Position numbers and translations under genes: made by a program. From positions 38,130,001 through 38,194,000 of the forward strand of contig NC_092344.1 of assembly GCF_963676685.1 (NCBI RefSeq): a stretch of DNA of 64,000 bases, read 5' to 3'. Of the stretch, positions 12,601 through 24,145 are shown piece by piece. The notes under the pieces are model-generated. The model was given only the letters and a program-made list of their open reading frames with translations, searched no databases and was not told the origin of the DNA. The stretch comes from Mytilus edulis. Lineage: Eukaryota. Within the stretch, counting starts at the first letter, position 1, and each line of letters begins with the position of its first letter.

Positions 12601-13110
12601 TTGTAAAAAATACCTTAAATTAATAGCCAAATTTATCTAAAGTCAACTTTGCCTGAGGGAGTTGAAACCTTAGTTTCTTAATTATTTATAAATGGACAAT
12701 TTAAGAAAGGTTTGTTAAATCATGTCAGTACCGAAGTACTGACTTGTGAGCTGATGATACCCCCGGGGTCTGATAATCCACCAGCAGAGGTATCGACCAA
12801 GTGATGTGAAAAATTGGAAACAACACGTTTAATAATTTCATTCGTCCGAAGCGCTTTTCTGGATTTGCCTTCATCAGGAACGCTCAAAGCCAAACATTTG
12901 AAATCCGAGGATTATAAGTACCGAAACCGTTGAAGAGCTATATGTAAAAAATACCTAAAACAATTTCATCTAAAGTCAACTTTGCCCGAGGGAGTTGAAA
13001 CCTTTTTTCTTAATAATTTCAAATTGATAAACGACAATTTTACTAAAGTTTGTTAAATCATTTCAGTACCGAAGTACTGACTACTGAGCTGATGATACCC
13101 TCGGGGACTA
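12601..13110 (-). mobile_element. About 1.5 tandem units (about 340 bp) of a hammerhead-carrying retrozyme / Penelope-like pLTR repeat
   Basis: 12601-12770 is repeated at 12941-13110; hammerhead at 12843-12883; inverted copy at about 30125-30430. Confidence 0.8.
12843..12883 (-). ncRNA. Type I minimal hammerhead ribozyme
   Basis: gcguuc-CUGAUGA-aggcaaaucca-GAAA-agcgcu-UC-ggacg; palindromic helix III. Confidence 0.75.
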
Positions 13111-14218
13111 AAATTTGGGAATTGCCCCATTTGTTGTGACGCAGAGCAGACGAAGCTGTTACCAAAACTGAATGAGAGCGACCGTGGATGAGGGGACGTT
13201 TAAGATTTGAGATAGTAATTAGTTAATATGCCCTGAGACCATTAATAATCTTAAAAGGGTTGAAATAGGGTCTTATTTAGTCTTGTGCAATATTTTTTTA
13301 CTTGCAAGTAAAAGTACATTGTATCTGAATTTAATTGAATGATGATATGTTTCAATTGACCCCTCCCTATAATAAGTTAATAAAATACTCAAACACAGTA
13401 TCAACGAGTCAATTATCTCTCATTTATTACAGATCCTCCAACTACCAACGCGACGTTGCCAGCCAGGATGTCTATGAGTCAGCAGCATTACTGGTTAGTG
13501 ACAGTCCACAAAGTCCGTCTCTGCTGACTGGAAATGACACAATCCTGACACTGGTTTTTTTTTTGACATGCTGTTGTTAACAAATTGTCCAGAACCGAGC
13601 ACCTGTTCTCCACATGATGCCCCTGAGATAAACAGTTGTTCCAGAACAAACAAATAGGACAGAGAAGCAGAAGTAAGTTAAAAGTAATAAAAAAAGATGT
13701 GGTATGATTGCCAATGAGACAACTCTCCACAAGAGACCAACATGAAACTTATTTTGTTTGGTGTTGGTTGTTTTTTTTGGAAAAAAGGGGGGGGGGGGGA
13801 GAGATTTCTGTCTCCTCACAGAAACATTTATCAGGTAGATCCATAATTATGCAGACTACGTTAGGCACACTATTTGTTGACGTTTCAAAGTTTATAAGCC
13901 TGATCAAATTCTACCTGAAGCAGATAAGAGGTGGATGGGCAAATCTTAAAAAAATATTTCGATCAATAAATTTATGTTTTAAGCATAAACATTTAGCAAT
14001 TCACTCGATCCATCGTATTTAAACATGAAACGGTAAAAAACATAGATTCGACAGATCCAGTAAAAAAGTATATGAAAAAATTGAGCCGTCTTTCTTTTTC
14101 CATCGATTTTCAAATTAGCTGAAAACCAGCCATGTTTATGGTCAAGGACGATTGTAGATGTCGAGAAAAAGGACACACACAATGCATTTTGTAAACATAA
14201 AATAGTGTTTTAAATTAC

Positions 14219-14750
14219 ATGCATGGTCACAAATGGCTTGTACATTGATGCTGTGGAACCCCTTCCTGTTAACAAATGCCGGTTCATCAATGCTAGGCCC
14301 AGTTATCCGTATGTGGGTCCCATCAATGCATCTAACCACATTTGGAAAACCAGCCTTTTAATAAAACCCAGCCCTTATTACGTTCTTCTGGTTATCTGGC
14401 CACGATATGAAGTCATCCTTCCTGGCAACTAATGATTTCGTCGCACGATCAATCAACCGAGACACAGTTGATTTGTCAAATTCCATTGTGTCCCCCAACA
14501 ACTTACAAGTGTGATCCATTGCCATAAAACCTCAAGGCAACCTGTTGCTCCATGAAAGGACTGTCTTCTTATTTGTCCCACGCTCCAGATCCCCTATCAT
14601 TAAATCCGACAAGTACTCAATGGTCTATCTGTCAAATCTAAACCTCTGCCTAAGCTCCTCATCAGAAAATTCCCTTTCAAGAGGTTCAAAACAGAGAAAA
14701 TGTCGCTCTCTTCTTACAATAGGTTGTTGAAACAAAACATTGACATCCAT
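14219..14750 (-). pseudogene. PIF/Harbinger transposase (DDE_Tnp_4 / HARBI1-like), first exon, decayed
   Basis: FSDEELRQRFRF; VALRFYGNG; DKSTVSR; [12 protein letters not shown]...[18 protein letters not shown], then a GT donor. Terminus GGGTCTGTTGTTCAAC at 14927 with flanking CAG. Confidence 0.88.
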
Positions 14751-15620
14751 CTTAGATTGAGGTTAATCAACTGATTAAAATTTAATCAACCTCAACGAGG
14801 TCGATTAAATAGAACGACACTTTGACGACGCCTTAAACTTAACGACAAGTTGAACAACATGAGAATGGACTTATTAAATTAAACGCAGTGATTAGTAAAA
14901 TTTATCGACAAGTTGAACAACAGACCCCAGGTATGTTGGAATCGGCAGTCGGAGTTCAACGTTAACCGAGAAACGGTGTTAGCTTTGTTGAAGGACGAGA
15001 ATTACGCCGGTGAATTAGTTCTCATTATTGATGCTTTTAAACTTTTATAATCTTTAGAAATTAGGAAAGTATAAAAGAATTTGAATGACGATGAAGCAAA
15101 TAAATTGGGATTTTTTTGAAAAAAATATTTTGATGGCCTAGCTGAACGAAAAAAAAATTTATGTTTTGCACTGTAGCTGAAAAAAAAATTATGCTGTCAC
15201 CTGCTTGAAAAAAAAATGTGCACTGCTGAAAGTGAATTTGAGAATAGTGAAAATAACAACAGTTGAGACAGTGGAACAGCAGATTATACACATCTGTCCA
15301 GTCTAAAGATTAAGCTAAGATTTATATTTATACCTTATTACTTTTTGTTTTTTCCTGTAAGTGTTTGATCCAGAAATATTTAAAAGCATTACAAATCTCC
15401 CACATGTATGCTACTACATTAAGACATACTTAAAACTGCAACTATTATAAACATGATATGGTAATTTTATAACAGGGATAGATATGGTATCATATTAAAA
15501 CAGTCTTTTAAAGTAGCCCTGATTGTGTATGACACAGACTTGTATACCGGTAGTATTTTCCTTTGTATCATTCTGTATCATTCTTTATACCTCTTATTTT
15601 AATGGAATGTCAATTATCAG

Positions 15621-15854
15621 AGTTGGAAACAGTGGATGTTTATAATTTGGAGCTACTCACTCTTTGCCATTACATATGGCAATGGTGGCCACTTCAATTG
15701 CAGTATTAAAATTCAAGGACTGTGGTACCTGTATGACGGACTCGGAGAATATCATAATGTAGAAAGTTGGCTAAAAAAACAACAGAGACAACAGCCAATG
15801 CCAGGATGCAGACAGAGCCATGCACTTTACATTTTACATCAATTAAAAAATTAA
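15621..15854 (+). pseudogene. USP-like cysteine-protease His-box exon fragment
   Basis: YSLFAITYGNGGHFNCSIKIQGLWYLYDG resembles YxLxAxxxHxGGHY...WxxxDD; AG acceptor at 15619-15620. Confidence 0.45.
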
Positions 15855-16041
15855 AATGAATTGTATGTAAATTTTATGGTTTTGAGAAAAAAAAATGTAT
15901 TTCTGTTCCACATTATAGGAAAAAAAATTTTGCTTTCCTTCTCATAAGAAAAAAAATATTTTATCGGAGGAAGGTTCTGAAATTTTTTTTATGAACATAA
16001 TAAAAATCCCAGGCCCTCCCTCAGATAAGAAAATGGTTGCC

Positions 16042-16330
16042 TTATCAAAGGTACTAGGATTATAATTACGCGCGTTTCGTCTACACAAGACTCATCAGTG
16101 ACGGTCATATCAAAATATTTATAAAGCCAAACAAGTACAAAGTTGAAGAGCATTGCGGATCCAAAATTCCAAAAAGTTGTGTCAAATACGGCTAAGGTAA
16201 TCTTTTCCTGAGATAAGAAAATCCTTAGTTTTTCGAAAAATTTAAAGTTTTGTAAACAGGAAATTTATAAAAATGACCACATAATTCATATTCATGTCAA
16301 CACCGAAATGCTGACTACTGGGCTGGTGAT
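16042..16330 (-). mobile_element. Hammerhead-bearing retrozyme/PLE fragment (3' strand of helix I deleted)
   Basis: Minus strand gaccguca-CUGAUGA-gucu-ugugu-agac-GAAA-cgcgcg-UA; terminus TTATCAAAGGTAC at 16042. Confidence 0.8.
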
Positions 16331-17773
16331 GTTTTCTTATTTTTTTGCAGCCTAATGGGTATTTAGATTTGTTTGAACATCTTGAATGTCATCAATTTGG
16401 AAGATGTAGCCTTTTATAGATGTTGCATTGCTGGATGATGTAACTATATGATGCAGCCATAAAAGTTGTTGTTGAAGAAGAAATGCCATTAAAAGAGAAC
16501 TTGTCAATAGCCTTTAAGAACGGTGATATTTACATCTGCGTCATCTTAGAAAAAATTAAAAACAAGAATGACCCTTTTTTTTTAAAAAACGTATTGATGT
16601 TACTTTAGGTTATTTTGTAGTTTTTAGGCATATAAATGCAAATTTTAGTGAAGTAGGGTCCTATTGAAGGAATATGGTATTTCATAAGACATGTTTAAGA
16701 ACCCTTCTAAGTTGGAAGGTATTTTCACTTTGCCAATGGTTTAATTATAGAGTTGCGAAAACTTGACTCCGACACAATTCCACTTTTAAAGATTTTTCTG
16801 TTTGGATTTAATTAATGTTGATTATTGTCCCGATGGTGTCGTTTTTTAGGAAACATATGAAAAGTTTTTGTAAAAGGTAGTTCTATAAAAAAAAAAACAG
16901 TTAAAAAGATCAAGACATGAAAATGGATATTGTATATGTACTCCCCGAAAAACTATATATAATGCTACAGTGAAAAATAAAGGTGAAGCCCTTCAACAAA
17001 GGCGTCCTCGTTTGAACACTGTAGATGGAGATAATTGTATGTTAAAAGATACAAAATCTTGAAAACGAATTGAAAATTGCTAGGCAAGCTAGAATGAATG
17101 CAAATTCAAAATTGACCGACTGAAAGAAGAGTTTTGTGAGCCTAAAAAAAGAATATGCTACATGCTGCATAAAAACGTCAAAGTGTTCTACAAGAAACAT
17201 AAAATAAAAATCGGAAGCGTATGCAGAAGAAAATACAGATACTTCAGGCATAAAATAGCAAACACATTTTAGAAATGTTTTTTTTTATAACATAAAACTG
17301 AAGTTAGAAAGAGCAGACAAATTTTTAAACAAACTTGATCCTTTTTGAAACATTACCGCGACAAATACAGCTAAAGTCACTCAAAATTCAACACAAAAAT
17401 CATGCAACAAGGAAAATATGGAGGTATATTTACTTAGAGATAAAGTTTCATATTTAGTGTAAGTAAGTAAGTATTAAGTATATCATTTATTATAGTGACA
17501 TGTGTAGTATATATAATATTACATAATAAGAATACAACAGTTTAATAAATTTACACCCGGCCCGTTGGACCTACAAGTCACTTTAAACCTAATGTTCAAA
17601 TTTGCATTACGCAATGTGATTGTTACTTATAAAGAAGTTCCTTTCTTTTACAGAAAAATAAATTTAAATATTTAGCAGTTTGTTTCACGTTTTTGGCTAT
17701 ACTTTTTGGACCTTTTGGATTATAGCTCATCATCTTATATATAAGCTTTGGATTTCAAATATTTTGGCCACGA

Positions 17774-17817
17774 GCATCACTGAAGAGACATGTATTGTCG
17801 AAATGCGCATCTGGTGC
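17774..17817 (+). ncRNA. Type I minimal hammerhead ribozyme, structurally intact
   Basis: gcauca-CUGAAGA-gaca-uguau-uguc-GAAA-ugcgca-UC-uggugc. Confidence 0.85.
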
Positions 17818-18645
17818 AAGAAAATTGGTACCGTTAATTTTATTGTCTTTGATGAAGTGAAAGAGTAAGAAGAACTTTCAAGATAAAAAAAACGGTCACT
17901 AACTTCACGAAGGTTAATACACCGAGGTATAAAAACCGTAGAAAATGTCATACAAACAGTGCTAGAAAAACTCGAAGAATTAAAAGAAGATAGACTTCCC
18001 TTTGCAGAAATTATGATGGTTGAAGCTAAGGCATAAACTCAAATCCAAGCGCTGCAAAAGCTATGTTAAATAGTAAATTTTAATACGTTGCATACAGATG
18101 CAGAGTTTGATTGAAATTCACAATTTTCGAAATAAATGAAGCTAATTCCTGAGTTCTAAGACATTTCCAGAATTTGCATGATTAATGTTTGCTGATATTT
18201 CACGGGCAAAAGACTGGTTGCTAATAATAATAATTTTTTTTTTTTAAATCACCTCCATCAATAATATGAAGGACTTGTTTTCAAGATCCCCGATTTCATT
18301 GGACCTATAAAATAATTTGTCATCCTACTCATTACCTTCTTCACAAAGTATAGATTCTGTGTACTGACGTTGTTTATCATCTTAATAACGTGTTATATTG
18401 TTCTTTTATTTGTCTTTGTTCTATTAAATTTATATAACTTTTACTGTTAGGTCGGTTTTCTGCGATATCCATTTGAAGTGGCTCGGTACTTATACATCCC
18501 GTGTGACTTATTGCGTTTCTTCGGTACATATGGGGTTGCTCTGTACTTTTAACGGGAGGTCTTTCTTTGAGCAATCCTGACACCCCGAGGTGTGTTCTAC
18601 GACAAGAAAAACCTTAAAATATGCATTATATGACTTTTATATACC

Positions 18646-19288
18646 TAACGTAACGGTACCCAAATTGCACAGAGTACCCAAATTGCACCTATTTAGCAAA
18701 ACTAGCAGCGAAAATCTGAAAATCTTACAAGATTTTCTAGAGACTAAACAATTTGTTTTTTTATGATTTGATACTAAGCACATCTTTCAACATAGGTAAA
18801 ACTATTTAGATATGCACAAAACGTTCACAGTATCTATCAACAGATGAAGTATTTACTGAAAAAGCAAAATGTACTGAAACGTCGCCTTGCGACGTCATCA
18901 AAACGTCATCTTTTTAAAATGAGCAAATACAATATGTTACAAGTTTCCATTTAAAAAATAATGAAGAGTAAGCATGGACTAATATCCAATTGTTCGAAAT
19001 ATTTAAAGAAATTAAACAAAAGCTCTGTTATTAGACTTTTGACTATGTGAATTTAAGCATGGAAGCAATTTGGGTACTCCTCATTTCAGAATCATTGATG
19101 GTTTGGAGGTCAGTTTAGACCAATTTTTCTATGATTCCATATGGAATAAAAATCAAATTGGTGTACCTTTATAATAAAGAAGGATAGGGCTACAAAATAA
19201 ACACAGAATGGACATTTTTGTTTTCATCATAAAAAAACGTAGATGAAAAAACTGTCAAAATAGGTGCAATTTGGGTACCGTCACGTTA
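18646..19288. mobile_element. MITE with 25-bp TIRs and TA ends
   Basis: TAACGTAACGGTACCCAAATTGCAC / GTGCAATTTGGGTACCGTCACGTTA; internal extra GTACCCAAATTGC copies. Confidence 0.85.
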
Positions 19289-19642
19289 TATGGAGTTATT
19301 TTCTTTCAGAACGACATGTCTTTCTTTTTCAGAATCAACCCGGACGATACCATGTTTCAATGAAATATGCTCAAAGGCATAAAATAATGACCTGTAGGAG
19401 GATAATATATTACTTAAAAAAAAATGCAATCTATAATTCACTTCAAAATTTTATTCGTCTGATAGTTTTTTGTTGCCATATGTGGATTCTGGATAATTTT
19501 AATAAATCTCGTCTTTTTCTGAAATTAGTTCTAACAAAACTTTTGATTTTTCAACCCTGGATACCACCATTCCCCATGTGAAATTCTTTGAACCGACAAA
19601 TAAACTAATCATAGATCGATACCACGATTAAATTTTGTATTT

Positions 19643-19686
19643 ACGTCAGACGCGCGTTTCGTCTACAAACGACTCTTCAGTGACGC
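19643..19686 (-). ncRNA. Type I minimal hammerhead ribozyme, structurally intact, within a PLE/retrozyme fragment at about 19618-19860
   Basis: gcguca-CUGAAGA-guc-guuugua-gac-GAAA-cgcgcg-UC-ugacgu. Confidence 0.85.
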
Positions 19687-21170
19687 TCGAATCAAAATGT
19701 TTGAAAGGCCAAAAAAAGTACGAAGTTTAAGGGCATTATTGAGGACCAAAAGTTTCTAAAAGGTTTGATAAAAACAGCTAATTAAGTAATCTTTCGTGAG
19801 GTGCCTTAGTTTTTCAAAAATTCAAAGTTTTGTTTACAGTTAATTTATAATTATGAACAAAATATTATCAATAATAAAATTATTTATATGTATTCCCGTG
19901 TGACGTTTACATTCTGACGTCATACCACGCGATTCTACTAGAGAAAATTGGGGAAAGTGTCACCGGGGAAACAAGGTGACTTGTCGGGTGTGTAACAAGA
20001 GCCTGACTGAATGGCCTCTTGTTACTGAAATTGTGTGATGCACCTGATCACACAATGAACGATTGCTGTGAATAGCAATGAGAACTCTGAGACTGAAACT
20101 CTGGTGAAAACTAACTCTTGAGACTTTGGAACTAGCGAATGAATAAACCAATAATTCAGCATGGAATACTAATACTTTTATTACAGATGGACTGTGTTCA
20201 GTGTAAAGTCCTGAGTCCAAATCTTGCTTATAGAAATTATAAACAAGTATTTATACACAATTGAATTAACAAGTATAGACATAACAAATAACAGTTAATT
20301 TGAGTAATATTGTTCACTGACAAAGATTAAACTATTTTTAGAACTTGAAGAATAAATATTAAATGATAATCTGATTAAGACAATTAAGAACATACATTAT
20401 GAATAAGGTAAAATGTCACTAATTAGCTAACAGATTGAAACATGTCACTCAATGTCCAAACTAAGAATTAAATTGCACATCCAAGCATGTTGATTTTAAG
20501 TCCTGGATATGAAATGTGAATAGAAACGAAATTATAAAATAATATGAATTATAAAACATAGAGAATTAAAGTCTAAAATATCAAAATTGAGAAATTTATA
20601 TCTGTCACCGGGGAAACTGCGGTGACTTGTAAGGTCGTGTAACAAGAGCCTGACTGAATGGCCTCTTGTTACTGAAACTGTGTGATGCACCTGATCACAC
20701 AACGAATGATTGCTCTGAATAGCAATGAGAACTCTGAAAACTGGTGAAACCTAACTTTTGAGACTCTGGAACTAGCGATGAATAAACCAATAATTCAGCA
20801 TGGAATACTAATACTTTTATTACAGATGGACTGTGTTCAGTGTAAAGTCCTGAGTCCAAATCTTGCTTATAGAAATTATAAACAAGTATTTATACACAAT
20901 TGAATTAACAAGTATAGACATAACAAATAACAGTTAATTTGAGTAATATTGTTCACTGACAAAGATTAAACTATTTTTAGAACTTGAAGAATAAATATTA
21001 AATGATAATCTGATTAAGACAATTAAGAACATACATTATGAATAAGGTAAAATGTCACTAATTAGCTAACAGATTGAAACATGTCACTCAATGTCCAAAC
21101 TAAGAATTAAATTGCACATCAAAGCATGTTGATTTTAAGTCCTGGATATGAAATGTGAATAGAAACGAAA

Positions 21171-22114
21171 TTATAAAATAATATGAATTATAAAACATAG
21201 AGAATTAAAGTCTAAAATATCAAAATTGAGAAATTTATATGAAAGTCCTAAATAATAAATTAAGCTGCTTTTTCCTTGGTCACATATGTTGTTATTGGGA
21301 CGCTGTTGGTTTTGGCGGGATACAAGATGGAGTTCGTGGTTAAGGTCCTGAAGTTGAAAAGTCAATTGAGAAATCGAATCCGCTTGAAAATTTACCTTTG
21401 AACATAGGTCTGCCATTTCTTTTTCCAATGCTTGTTTTTTTATTTTCCAAACTTTGTTTCTCGTCTGAAAATTCACTGCAACGTAATGCAAACAGTTCAT
21501 GTACCAGTTTAACGCACTTCTTTTCTTCTTCTGAACTGTGTTGCAATTTCTGAATTTGCTGTTCATATTCCTGTACGTCTATAAGCGGAGCACTTTCTTC
21601 TTTCTGTTTACGAATGTTTTCAATCTCTTGTTTACACTGATCTCTCTCAGATTTAACACTCTCTAGATGGTTCAATTTAGATTTTAAGTCCTGAATGTAT
21701 TGTTGCTGTTCTGAATTTTTTCCGTTTTTCCTCCGATAATTTTGACTTAACACCATTTAGTTCTGTTTTTAGCACACTTGCAATGTCTAAATGTTGAATG
21801 AAGGCTGAATTTCTCATACCCGAGAAAGGTAAGGCTCGGATAATATTTTTGCGCTCAATATAACTGCTGATTCTAGCTATATCACGCTCCTTTTGTTTTC
21901 TAGATTTCACCTGAAATGGTGTACTTTGTCTGTCTTTTGCTGCTTTTGAAAAACACTTTGTAGAATAATGTCCGAATTTTCTACACGAATAGCACCTTTG
22001 ATTGACAGAATTACAAATATAATGTTTATGGAATTTACCGCATCTCCCACATGCTGGACTGTAACCTGACTGGATGTTCCATGGTCTCCATTGTGGTCTG
22101 AAGCTGTACTCCAT
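21171..22114 (-). pseudogene. Gag-like protein (two Cys/His knuckles plus coiled coil), split by two frameshifts
   Basis: CGRCGKFHKHYIC and CYSCRKFGHYSTKC; three overlapping ORFs 21677-22114, 21340-21756 and 21171-21566, with shifts near A-runs. Confidence 0.75.
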
Positions 22115-22612
22115 TGCTGAATATTGTCTACGCTACTTATCTGGGGAACTCGCTTGGCTGCTTGAGGTCTCTGGATCGTGTGCTGAGCATAGAAGTCAGC
22201 ACGCCGTCGTCGTCCACCAATCTGTCACCGGGGAAACTGCGGTGACTTGTAAGGTCGTGTAACAAGAGCCTGACTGAATGGCCTCTTGTTACTGAAACTG
22301 TGTGATGCACCTGATCACACAACGAATGATTGCTCTGAATAGCAATGAGAACTCTGAATACTGGTGAAACCTAACTTTTGAGACTTTGGAACTAGCGAAT
22401 GAATAAACCAATAATTCAGCATGGAATACTAATACTTTTATTACAGATGGACTGTGTTCAGTGTAAAGTCCTGAGTCCAAATCTTGCTTATAGAAATTAT
22501 AAACAAGTATTTATACACAATTGAATTAACAAGTATAGACATAACAAATAACAGTTAATTTGAGTAATATTGTTCACTGACAAAGATTAAACTATTTTTA
22601 GAACTTGAAGAA

Positions 22613-24145
22613 TGTGACAACGTTGTTGTAACTGGAATGTTTGATACCGTGCAACAGGTTCTGTTGCTGAAACTTGCGAAGATGCCGAAACGAATGACAG
22701 TGACCGAAGACTGGTCCCCTGCCTATTGAACATAAATCCACTGGCGGAACTAACTCACAGACTGGTAGAGCGAATACAAACGAAAACTTTCAGTATAGAT
22801 TTTATTTTCACTTTAATGAACGGATGATGTCAGTTCAAAAGGCTGACTCCGACTGAAGAATTAACTTCAGTCGAAACATTATAAAGATAGACAATGTTTA
22901 CAGGTTGTCAAAGAATTAAGATTACATAACAATAAAGTTGACAAATTTTACAAACATAAGATTAACACTTTAAAGTAACAATAGACCGTAATTGAAAAAC
23001 GGATTAATGTCATTGTTATCAAACATGTCCTGGACAAGAACTGATAAAATATATATTGAAAAGAATTATCTATGTACGACATTAACGGATTAAAATAATT
23101 ATGAAATGAAATAGTTGTGTAACATAAATTAACACAATCCCTTGCATAGTTTTTCTCACAGTTTTAGATTAAAAAGTGACACACATGAAAGATCTTTAAG
23201 AATGCAAATCAAAGTACATTGTCTGTTGAATTAGAATGAAATTGTCCGAAAGATTAAACAGAAACTATAAATAATATAAGAAACAAGTCCAAATGTCCGA
23301 AATAAGAAATACATAAATTAGTGCGACTTTTTCCACGTTCACAGATTTCTCCCTCCTCGAATGAAACGCGTCCTCGCGTTTCGCAAGTATTGAAAAAATG
23401 ACAATTATCTATAAAAAGTTCTTTGGTTGTTGAAACGTCCATTTCTGGAACACTGACTTGCATTGGGACGATTTATATGATTATTCCTACAAATTCTTAT
23501 TTGATTTTCCATATCGGCAGATTGATCTGTTAGAATTTTAAATTTGTTCCGAAGTTCATGGTTTTGAGTAGCAATATTTCCGACTTCATTAGTTTGATAG
23601 TCACATTTTAGAATTAGGAAATTGTTTAGATCTGATATTTTTTTGGTGCATGCAGCATTGTCTTCCTTTTCTTTCTCTAGTTTGGTGATTTTGTCTAAAC
23701 ATTCTTTCAACTGCTCTGTCGAATCTAGTTGGTTTTGACTTTTCACTAATTTGCAGGTGAGAGTTCTGATATTTTCTTGTGCACGTTTTAAAAGTTCTGA
23801 TGTTGCGGAAACCACTGATTTATTTTTCCGTAATTGAATGTTTGCTTGTTTTAGTTCGACTTTCATTGGGGCTGCCTGGTCGAAAAAGTTCATGAATGCT
23901 GAATTTCGCACACTGCTGAATGGCAATTCCCTGAGACTGTTTTTATTTGAATAATACTGTATTAAACGGCGATTGTCTCTAAGTTGTTTTTTTGTTGAAT
24001 TCTTTTGTTCACTTGACACTTTCGAACTTGTTGATTTAGTATATCGAACTTTACCGAATAAACTTGGTCTAGCTGTGAAACACTGTCTTGCGAAATGTCC
24101 GAATTTGTCGCACGAGAAACATCTTTTGTTGTAAGCTAGATGCTG
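22613..24145 (-). mobile_element. 5'-truncated related gag-only element (CCHC plus coiled-coil ORF about 24135-23405)
   Basis: CFSCDKFGHFARQC; LRELPFSSVRNSAF aligns with IRALPFSGMRNSAF of the neighbouring element; minus-strand end ...TGTCACA at 22613. Confidence 0.7.

Noticed and set aside
12751-12800. CTGATGA on the strand opposite the hammerhead (possible second-polarity ribozyme or SECIS)
   Set aside because: No GAAA after the stem, no helix III, and the geometry does not fit a SECIS.
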